Part shown: positions 39,301 to 51,300 of the stretch, piece by piece
How positions within the stretch are numbered: the stretch's first letter is position 1
How the letters are laid out: each line of letters starts with the position of its first letter
Program-made: the position numbers and the translations under genes
The notes under the pieces: generated by a model
What the model was told of the DNA's origin: nothing
Seen by the model: the letters and a program-made list of their open reading frames with translations, nothing else
The model's database searches: none
IMG/VR virus record: IMGVR_UViG_3300017917_004576
Location: 1 to 64,000 of that record
DNA: 64,000 nucleotides
Origin: a virus
Strand: one strand, 5' to 3'

Positions 39301-42300
39301 GGGCGAATTTTATGGAGGTGATGAACAACTTATATCAAAATCAATTTCTAATTCTATGATAATTGATGAGGCTCGTGCTGATAAAATTATTGCTAACTTA
39401 GAATCATCTAGATCACAGTTGCCATTATTTAAAAAACTATTTTCAGAAAAATCGTCTTCTGTTGGTGTTTTAAATGGATTTCCAATAGCCAGGTATGGTG
39501 CTATTGGTGGTACTGAGACTATGAGATTTGATGAACTAAAAGACGAAGAAACTATTAGAGAGTTTATAAAAAGAGGAAAATTAGCAACACAAGCTTCGCG
39601 TGGTCCGGTTGGTAAACGCATAGTTTATGGTGATCAAAAAGCAGCAAGACGAAGGTTTGCGGTTGGCGGAACAGTAGAGGGCATAGCTGCTAAAGAAAAA
39701 AAATCTATTGAAACTGTAATTTTAGAACAATTATCCAGTTTTGGAGATGCTAGCGGAGTTAAAAAAATACTAGGATTAGGAGCTGGAGAAAGAGAGATTA
39801 GCTCTATATTGAATGCTAGTAATATTAGAGCCGGTAAAAACATAGAAAAAGCTATTAAATTTATAAATAGGGCGCTAGCTAAGACAGGAAAACAAGATGC
39901 TGCTAGAGAAGCAAAAGAAGCAGCCATGAGAAAAGTTGCAATTGCCGGATTATTTCCATTAGATTATAATAAAGATTTTTCAGACTGGAAGTTGGAAGAT
40001 GGTAGAGAAATTTATGGTTATGTTAGAGGATTTCAATCTAGCTTTTTACCACAAATAGAAGCTATGCAAGAGGCCAATAGAGCTACTCGTCAAAAATTTG
40101 CTGAAGATATTCAAGATACGGCAGCATTAGGCGGATTAGGTAATAGAAATATTCAGGGGCCAATTCAACCATTAGCAATAGATTTTGATGAAACACTAGC
40201 TCTTGGAACAAAAATGCTAGATGAAAATGGCGAAGAAGATTTACCAGCCTACTCTGATAGAAAAAAAGTTATGGAAAGTCTAGCCCAAGCTAGACCAACC
40301 TCACTAGCTAAAAGATTGGCCAGTATAGAACAAAAAAATCCTGGATATGTTAGGATGTTTAGTCGTATCTTAACGGCCCGTCCTCAAAGTACGGCGGATA
40401 TTATAGCATCAACTCTTAATAGGTTCGGATTACCATATTTAGAACAAGATGTTACTGGAGTTAGTCAAGGACTAGGAACAAATATAGCAAAAGCTAAAGC
40501 CGCTGATGTTGCAAGAGCCGAAAAATTAATCGATGATAATGAAAAAAATATTAGAGCAACAATGGCTGCTGGTAAAAGTACTTTTCGTTATGGTGAAGTA
40601 CCAGAGCTCAAAGGACCAGCAGAAGAAAAATTTGGACAATCTAATATTGAAGGAGGTATGCTAGAAGCAGCATTATCACAATTATTGGGCTATAATATAA
40701 ATGTTGATGCTTTACAAAGAAATAGAGCGATTGATTTTCCTAATGGCCTAGGCAGAGGCGCTCAACTTTTTGGATTACCTCCGAATATTGAAACAGAAGT
40801 AAAAAGAACTTTGGACGGAGACAGTTTTTCAAAAGCCAGAGAAGAATTTAGTAGATACTTTAAAGAAAATCCACAAGCCTTTGCTAAAGGAGGAACAGCA
40901 ACATTTGGTTCTGGAGCATTTAAATTCCCCAAAAGAATAAGTAATGCTTATGTTCGGGAAATGGAAAAATTATTAGAACAAGAACAAATGGAAAAGGTTT
41001 TTTCAACATATCCTGGTAATGAAAGAATGGTTGTGGACGAGGAGGCTGTGAAAAAAGGATATGAATCTCCTTTTACTAGAGAACTATTCATAAATTCGTT
41101 TAAGGATAAAATAAATAGAAATACAGTTTTTGAAAGAATGGGGCAATTTGCGCGAGTTATAGGATTGCCACCCACCGATCTTTTATCTGCAATACCAACT
41201 CAATTAGACTTTGGTGTTAATTATCCTGCTACAGCATTATTTAGCAAGGATCCTTCTGGCCCAGGAACCAGGGGACTACAAGGAGTGGATCTGACACCAT
41301 ATGGTTATACTGAACAAGATAAACAAGATTTATTCGGATATACTAAACTAATAGAAGAAAAAAAGAAACAAATATTAAAAACAATTAAAACTCCTGTTAC
41401 AACATATGAAGATGGTAGTTTTAGCTATGATACGGCTTTAGCAGAAAAACTAAGAGCAGAATTAGACGATTTACAAAAACAACAAAGATCTCTTATTGAT
41501 AAAAACAATGCGGCTATCAAAGCTGCAAAAGAATCCAGACTACAATCCGCAAACCAGAGTGGTCGTGGTAGCGTTGGCATAGCGACGAATCCATTTAATA
41601 CAAGTCAACGTCAAGATTATAGTATTTTGTATCATGAATTAACTCATCAACTTTTTAATAGTCTTAGAACTAAAAACGCTCAATCATTCGAAGCATACAA
41701 GGCAAAAGTTTCTAGTTTATTTAGTGGAAACAATGATGATGTGGCCGATGCTTTTGATGCTCTGGTTGGAAATACAGGATATAATAGTGCTGATGTCGCC
41801 TATGGAAGAAGTTATAAACTTAGTGGACTAAGCAGCTTGATGATAGGATCAGCCAAAGAGTCATTTGCAAAATATGTTAATAGTGATCCAGAATATATTC
41901 CAGAATTAAGAAAAACTTGGGCAGCAACTAATTCTACAACAACCGCCAAAGCTTTTAAACCACTGAATCCTAAAGTTAATGATATTTTATTAAGAGGTAA
42001 AATAAGCCAAGATGTTATAGATAAATATGAAGATAATGGTAAAGAAGAATTTTTAACAACATTAATACAAAAATTACCATTATTAGATGAAAATCTAAGC
42101 GGAGTTTTGGATAGTACTCTGGATGACCTATTGGGAGGTGCTGGAATAAGTAGACAAAAATTTGCTCTCGGTGGATTAGCAGATTCTAAAGATGCTATGT
42201 CTGGATTAATGCAAGGATTATATGGAAATAGAAATCAACAAACAGACAAAAAAGAAAAAGATTTTGGGAAAATAAGCATTACAGAAGATGGCGATATGCT

Positions 42301-45300
42301 TAGTGTTGGATATCTTAAAAATGATAGTAGATCAGGATATGTACAAGCAATGAAATATAAAGATAATCTATGGTATGTTGGATTATCAAAAGCTACTAAA
42401 GGATATGGACCAAGATTGTACGATGTGGCTATGGAGGCTGTTACTGAAAAAGGAGCTATGCTAACTTCTGACAGAAGCATGGTTAGCGCGGATGCTCAAA
42501 AGGTTTGGGCTTATTATTTTAAAAATAGAGGAGATGTTAAAAAAACACCATTAGAACCAGAAAATTGGACTAAAAATCAAGCACTAATAGACCCTAAGCT
42601 TTATGGAAGAAGAGAAACATGGCCACCAGCAACCGATCCGGCTTGGATACTACAGAGCGGCTATAGTAAGAGCCCTACCTTGCTTAATGATCCAGAACAA
42701 GTAAAAAGAAATAATAATAAAGCAAAAAAACCTATTGATTCTAGAAGCATGGCTCTATCATATTTTCAAAGAGCCGATGGCGGACCAATAAGCCGTTTTG
42801 CTGATGGTGGTTCTGTTCCGGCCTTAGTAAGTAACGGCGAAGCTTATGTGCCTCCTAAACTTGCTAAACGTATTGGTTACGGAACACTAGATCGTATGAA
42901 TCAAGCTGATAAAAATGGTATGGGGCGATTTAGTGATGGTGGAATTAGCGTATTTAAGGGACCGGGAAGTGGAACTAGCGATAGCATACCCACAAATCTA
43001 CCAGTAGGAAGTTTTATAATAAGAGAAAAGGCCACTAAAGCACTAGGTTTAAATAGTGGTGGTATTGTTGGAATAAGAAGATTTAAAGACGGTGATAAGG
43101 TTTCTTATGGAAGAAAAGACACAACTGGTATTCGGATGCCCATGCCTGATCTTGGATTTCTAAAGACAAGCGCAATATTATTAGTAGATAGCTTTAGAAC
43201 TACAGAACAAATGATAAGTAATAGCTATTCAGCCTGGCAAGAGATAGACAAAGTGGCTCCGATTTTAGCAAAGACTTTAGATAGATATTATAGTACTATC
43301 GATGCAACATTAGATGATGCTAGTTTGATGGTGCAAAGCTACCGTGCAGTAGTCGTGTCTTTGGCTAAACAAGGAAAAACAACGGCAGAAGTTGATGCTA
43401 TAATGACTCATTATATTGATGCTCTAAATAAAGCAATAGATACATATCAAAATCCTGCCCCTATAGAGTCTCCAAAATCAACAACAACATATACAGTTAC
43501 TCCACCACGCCCTCGTCGCAGAAACAGATCTTCTTTATCACCAACCCCACCTCCCGTACCCAAATCTGCCGAGCAAAAACTAGCAGCAGTAGAAAACGAA
43601 GCAATTGCTCAAAGAATAGAGTCAAAAGAAAGAATCAAATCAGAATATGACCCATTATACAGAGCAGCATCGTCCAGAGAAGATAAGCAAGCGATACAAG
43701 ATGAAGCTAGGCTAAAATTTCAAGCTGTTGATGCTACCATACAGGCCAATAAAGCTGCTCAACAACAAATAATACTACAAGAACTATTGGCTCAAAGAGC
43801 TAAAGAAGCTAATCAATCCACAGAAGAATATATATCTGGGTTACAACAAGAAATTGATACTAGATCAATCAATATTATGGAGCAAGATTTTAGCAATGTA
43901 CTAGGACCAGATGTGCCGTCCACACAAGAAGCAAGACAACAAGCACTTAGCGAGACTATTAGATCTAGAGGACTACAAGCATTTGATGTGACTGATCTAG
44001 GACAAGGCACCAATATAAAAGATATAATATCACAAATTTCCGAAACAAAAAATAAGGCCCAGGCTGCTGCCACAGCGAACGATTATTTGGCTTTGAGAGC
44101 AAGACTAGCCGGACAAAGTCTTGAGGAATATTCTCAGTCATTATCTGATCAGGCTTTAAATTTAGCTGAACAATTTAAGAATAATCTTCCTAGAGCTTTA
44201 GATAGTTTTCAAGAACAATTATTTGATGCTAAACAAAGTCTTGAAAATATAAGCGCTAGAGAAGCAAAAGGAGAATATGCTAATCAAGAAGGACAAGAGA
44301 GAAAAGCTATAGATATTTCACAACTAGAAGAAAGTATAGGAGATACTCTTGAAAATATTCTAGGAGAAAATTTTTCTGGAGATGATAGAAATAAAATATT
44401 ACAAGATATTATGGAAAAGCTAAAAAATGCTGATTCAACACAAGCTTTTAATGTTCAAAGTCTTTCCGACGCTATAAAACAAATATCAACCGATGAAGCA
44501 ATAGCTTCAAGAGCAACAGCAACAGTCGCTGCCCAAAATAAAATACAACCAAATCAAATTACAGGAGCTACAGCAGAAGCTCTAAAATCCAGAGGAGAAA
44601 CTCAACAACTATTTAAGGAAATCGATAAAATATCTGCAAAATTTAGTAAATTTGGTTTAGCTATAGGAGCTGCTGGTAGCGTTATAGCTAAATTTATAGA
44701 TGCAACAGAAAGTAGAAGTGCAGCGATGGCAGCGGCAGCAATTTCTGGTGGCACATCCACAGCTTCCACGCTAGCAGTTGGTGTTGGACAAGGTCTTCAA
44801 ACTTTAAAAGATTTATCTGATCCTAAAGGATTATTTGGTAACACTGGTATAGGAAAATTGGCTGGATCAGTATTGCCTGGTCTCAAAGAAGTATTGACCG
44901 GTCCTTTCGGAATAATTGCTGGGGCGGGGATCTCTTTAGCAGCAGCTTTTAAAGATGCTTACAATGCGGCACGAGAATTTGATAAGCAGCTAAATACTAA
45001 AACTGTTGAAAATAGTTTGAGTAAAGTTGGCACAATGTTTGATCAGTTTGGTAAAGATATGAGTCAGAAAGATTTGCTTGGAGATATCAGCAAAGAATTA
45101 AACACTGCTATATCAGCCGCTATGAAAAATATTAATATCGATGCCACTGTACCAAAAATGTTTTGGGTTAATATGATAGATGCTGCTATGGGCGGAAGCG
45201 AAGCTGCTCAACGAAGTATAGTTCTTGAAAAACAAGGAGTTGGTGCTTATTTTAATACTATTATGCCAGGAGGGAATCAGCAGTTGGAATCGTATATGTC

Positions 45301-48300
45301 CGATCTTGCTCCACAATTAGCATCCCAACAATCTGCTTCCCTAAAACCAGCTGCTGAAAACGCATTTAGATTATTTGAGCAACAATTACGAACAGGAAGT
45401 TCGTCAGATGACATAATGGATCAACTTAAAACAGCAGGAGGAGGAGTATCACAATTTGCCACAGCTATTGCTCGTTCTAATCCTATTATAGAAGAACAAA
45501 TTATTAAAACTCAAGCACGAGCAGATATAAGCGATACCGAGAAACAAAAAATTGTTGATAGTATAATTGCTAGAGAAGCAGAAAAACAAACTATACTAAA
45601 TACCACAGCAACTCTTAGACAAATAGAATTTGAAAAATTAAATAAGGGAACAGACTCATTTGTTAATAGTTTGGAAAGAATCTATAGCAATATGGAAATG
45701 AGTATAAATAAGGCTAGTTTCGATATTCAAAAACTATCAGCAAGTGCCGATCTTGCATCAGAAGCTTTGAGTGGAAATGCTAAAGCCGGACAGATTAATT
45801 TAGAAGCTATTAATGTATTACAAAATAGAAGAGCATATTCACCAGAACAACAAAATCAAGCTGTTGACTTAGCTGGATCTTTTTTTGGATCAACTAGTCC
45901 CGCTATATCATCAATACTTAATATTGGAGATAAATTAGAAAGTACTATTTTACAAACCATCAATAGAACACGCGGTGCCGAGCCAGGAGCAACCAACGAA
46001 CGAGTATTGGCCAGTATAAGATCAGCTCTTGATAGACAACTAACCGATTTACAAATACCAGATAGTCTGGTTCCATCCATTAGCAATCAAATAAGGGATG
46101 CTCTCAAAGACATATCAACACAAGGAGATCTAGATACTGTTAATTTTAATGAAATAGCAGAAAAAGTTCCGGCGCTAACCAAACAAATTGATGCTGCTAG
46201 ACGAGCACAAGAAACTGCTGTTAGAGCATTAGAGTTTTATCAATCTCAATTAAATGAGTATGCTAATGCTATGAATAGTATGGTAGAGTTGCAATTTAAT
46301 GCTAGTAAAGATTTTGCTAGAGCATCGGATATTATAAGTAGCTCATCTGATGAATTATCTAAAGCTTTTGGTAGAGAAATTAGCTTGAGAGATACTTTAA
46401 CACAGTCTTTGGGTAAAACACGAAGACAAACAGGAGGAGCAACAGATCCTGTTGATATATCTAGAAATATTACAAATTTAGAAAATTCTAGAAAAATTTT
46501 ACAAGGAGCTTCGGAGACCGCCGCAGCAAAAGGACCAGCTGCTCAAGACGAATTTAAAATCATGCAAGATAGGCTTCGCAATAATAATTTGGCATTACGA
46601 CAAAATTTCGATGCTCTAAAAAATTTAGCAGATAGTAGTGAAATAGCTAGCGCTGCATTAAATAAAATACAAGAAATTCAACAAAGAAGACAGGCCGGTG
46701 CTAATCTTATCGAAAAACTTGTAACATCTAGTCCAGAAGAAATTAATAAACTTAATAGTGCCATAGCTAGATTACAAAATAATATGATGGGAGTTGCTAA
46801 TGTTGGAACCACAAGCGAACAGCGAGGAGAGAGTCTACAAGCATTTAATATGATAGCTCCATTATTAGGAGAAGGAGCTAAACAAAATGAATTAAGAGCT
46901 AATGTGCTAGAAAGTATGTTGCTTGAAAGCGGACAGGGCGTCAACCCAATGTTTGCACAAGTTTTAGATAGTTTACGAAATCCGGAAGGTGATCCGGAGA
47001 TGCAAGAGGCTATTAGCGTCTATAAAGAAGGCGTTAATTTACAAGCTAGTGCAAATTCTAGACTTGGCGAAATTAAACAATTAATGTTGGAAAATACAGC
47101 AGATGCTGCTGCCGAGAAATTAAAAGTTGCTATGCAAGGAGTAAAGTTTACATTTGAAGAAACAGTATTAAGTGATATTAGATCAGAAATTATTAACTTA
47201 AAGAAGTTGGTTGAGAAAAGAGGACCCGCTGCTGCTGGATTAGCAAATGGCGGAATAGTTTATGCTAGTAATGGAAGAATGATTGATTTTCAATCTAAAG
47301 GCACAGATACTGTACCAGCTATGTTAACGCCAGGAGAGTTTGTTGTAAATAGAGCCTCAACAAAACGCAATCTTCCATTATTACAAAGTATAAATAAAAA
47401 TAAGGGAGGTAAAGTTAATTATTTAGCCGATGGTGGGATTGTGCCTGGTTTTGGTTGGTCAAATAGAAAAACAGAAACTGAATTACGAAGAAATAGAACA
47501 GATACCGACCTAGAGACCCAGGATAGATTTATGGTTTTTCAAGACGATAAAGATCCTACATCAAGGAATGATAATTTTAAAGAATATATTATTGGACCAG
47601 CAGTATCATATAAACAAGGACCAATCCCGGAAGAAAAAATTACAGGCGGCGAGTTGAAAAATCTCTCGGTATTGCAAAACAGTACTAGAATACATAATGA
47701 TACTCCTGGTTTTTTTCTCAAGACTATAAAAACCTTTTATTCTGGTAGTTCAGACGAATATGGGCGCACAGCACTCCCGATTGTTTTGAAATCTGACAGC
47801 TCTATATCTGAAGAATTTAGAAGAGGTCTTAAAAATATTACATTATTTCAAAAACCAGAAATAATATCAAAGCAGAAACGCTTGGTCATGCCACAAATTG
47901 AAAAATATAAAGAATATTATTCTAAATTAATTACTAAGCTAGATAATAATATTAATTTTAAAGATATTATCGAAAATACTCCAAAAGACACATCAGATGT
48001 TAGCATTAAATTAAATAATAGTACTCCGTATAATGTTGAGACTACGATAGATAATTTATCTAGTATTTCTAAAGATAAAAAATATTTATTGGATTCTAAT
48101 ATTAATGATTTTGTAAAGGATGCTCTGTATCCTTTATTTACTCCAGGATCCACAGTTCCAGCAGGATGGACAGTTAATAATAAAGACTATTCTAATAGTA
48201 AAGATTTGGCCTCTAAGATCAAACCAGAAATACTTCCAAAAGACTACGATCTGATTGATATTGTTAAAGAAAATTTAGACCGTTTAAAAAGAATAGATAT

Positions 48301-51300
48301 TAATAATCCTAGATTTTTTCAAGAAACACAAGGATCACAAAATAGAAAAGAAAATGTCAGTTTATTAAAAGATTTTTATGACGGTAAACTATTTTCGATA
48401 CAATTGGATGATTCTGTTTTAGATGGGGAAAAAGCTAAAGGTAAATCTTTACCATTAACTTTATATAATATAAATAATGAACAAGATTGGTTAGATAAAA
48501 TTAGAAATTATCAAGATGAATTAGACAAGATTGATCCGGAAATGCTTTCCAAAACCCTTCCTATCAATCCTACTAATTTTATTAGATTAGATGATAAAAT
48601 AAATAGAAGTAGTAAGATTTTTCCATGGACAGGAAAGGATTTTAATAGTATAACTAAAATTGATTCAGAAAACTTTGTAAAAGATTCAAGAGGATCTTTC
48701 TTAAAAAACCAGTATTTCGGACCCATAACAACAGAAAACCAAGGAGACGAAAAATCTGGCTTGATGTTTCCTTATAAAATAGTTTCTAAAGGAACGACAT
48801 ATGATGAGTCTATAAGAGGTTTTGATCGGCCTTTAGAAAAGTACATGGTAATATCTTCTGATACAAAAAATGAAACAGCACCCTTCGCTAATTTAACTAA
48901 ATCACTTTATATTCCCGCTACTAATTGGGATGATTTTATCATAGATCTTAAATCACAAATAGAGGCTAATCAAAAAGATCCGACTACTGGATATGATTTT
49001 AATTATGCTTTTAATCCTGTTAATTCAGATTTAAATAAATATATGTCAGCCCCTGACATTAGACAAGCGCAAGAAAACCATGCTATTGTACCATCAACAG
49101 ACGGTACTTTGAATGTAAATGATATATTTTTTAGAAATCAAGCTTATTCTGATTTTCTAAATAAAAAAGAAGCAGAAGAAGCCCAAAGTAAAGCTATAGA
49201 TAGTGCAAAGAAAAAATTTAGAGTAACACTAGAAGATACAGAAGCTTTTACAAACGCTAAAAAAGTTGGCGTTGCACGAGCACTATTTGATATTGGCAAA
49301 AAGCAACTAGGACTAACATCATCAAAACCAACTAATTTGGATGGTGTTCGCTCTGTTATATCGGAATTGAGTCAGAAAGCAACACAGTTGTCTAAAAACT
49401 TCTCTAAAGCAGCTCCAAATCAAAGAATTACTAATCCACAGTGGTTAATGAATGATGCTTATAGAGCATTTTTTGTAGAATTATATAAAGGACAATACTC
49501 TGGCAAAGACGATGATACTCCTCAATTTTTGAAAGGATTAGGATTGCCAATAGATGATGCTGATTTTGGTCCCGGAGCAAACCCTATCGATGTTCCTGGT
49601 TTTAGAGGCAAAAAAGAGTCACCATATCGAGACTATAATGCAGCCGCTTTAGGTCGAGCTCAAACTGCTATTAAAAATATTATTAATCGAGAAATAGCAA
49701 TGAAAAGCGGAACCGCTTTTGCTGGAAAATTAAGCGATGAAGATAAACAAAAACTTAAAATTAGTAGTTCAGATGCTAGAATCTATAAGGAAGGTAGTGA
49801 TACTTTTTATCAGCCGGGCGAAGATATTGTACCTAAGTCATATCAACAAGTTGCTGAAATTGGATTAAATCCAAGAAATGTATTTCCTACCGAAACTTTT
49901 AGAAGTGATAACTATTTAAATGCTTTACAGGAATTATATAAAACAGGAACGGATCAAAATGGAAATCTTGTATTCAATTATGGAGATCCGTCAGCCTTAA
50001 CAGCAGCTAAAAGTATTGATATATTAAAAAATTGGTATACAAATTATCAGGATAAATATTTAAATTTAGGAGCAGATTTTGCAGAATCTCAAGTATCCTT
50101 ACAGGACGCAGCAACACAAGCAGATCTTAATGCTTACAAAGAATCAACAGCCCAGCCAGCTCATGCTTTTTTGACAGGAAATAAATACGGAGTATTACCC
50201 GATAGTAATCGTTTATTAGATCAAATTCAACTAGAGATCAAGGAACCAATTAAGAGAGCAAGAGGTGGATTAATATATGCCTCGAATGGAACATTGGTAA
50301 ACTTTCAACCAAAAGGAACCGATACTGTTCCTGCTATGCTAACTCCTGGCGAATTTGTTGTAAATAGAGCAGCAACACAGAAAAATTTACCATTATTACA
50401 GAGTATTAACAGCGGTAAATATGCAAATGGAGGTGTTGTATATGCTCAGAATGGAGGCAGTATTAGGTCTCAAAGTTTTTCTTCAGGTGACGATGATAGC
50501 GAGACAATAAATGCTATTTATACTGTGACCAAGGCAACTCTTTCTGGAAATAATAGATTAAATCAATTAATTATTTTGACTAATGATATTATTAAAAATC
50601 TTCAAGCTCTAATAGACACTAATAGTTATCTTATTCCTATTAATAGTAATGTACAAGATCTTACTAGTTATATAAAAACAATAGATTTTTGCTGCAGAGA
50701 TTCTGTATCATCTTCTGAAGATAGACCTAAGGATGTACAGGATTCAGCACCAGAAGGATCAGGAGAACCACCACAGATACCTCGTCCAGTTTGGTTAGAT
50801 GAATTAAATAATATTCCAAAACCATCTTGGCTGCCTATTAATATGGAGCCTAATTATCCAGAGTGGTTGCCTATTATAATAGATAGACCAATTTGGCTCG
50901 ATGAGCTAACCAATTTAAATAAAACCATCACAATAGAGCCAAGTTTTGAGATTCCTATTCCATTAGAAAAATTTGGTTGTTGTAAAGATGAAACTGGTCA
51001 ATCCATAACCCCATTACCTAGATATCCAGAAGATCCTAATCAACCTATTACTCCATTACCAACAGTTAAGCCACCCATCTTTGCGGAGTCTTCGTATCAG
51101 CCTGGAGAAAAACAATTATCTGCTAAAGATTTTCCATATGATATAGATGTTCCGAAACAAATAGACATCGCTCCTGCTATGCCGTCCAGAAATAGTAGGA
51201 TGGACGATGTTGACGAAAGACTAGGCGTTAATACGCCAGAACAAAGTAGAAGATATTGGGCAGAAGAAGAACGGGCAGTAGATGACCGTAAAAGAGTAAG

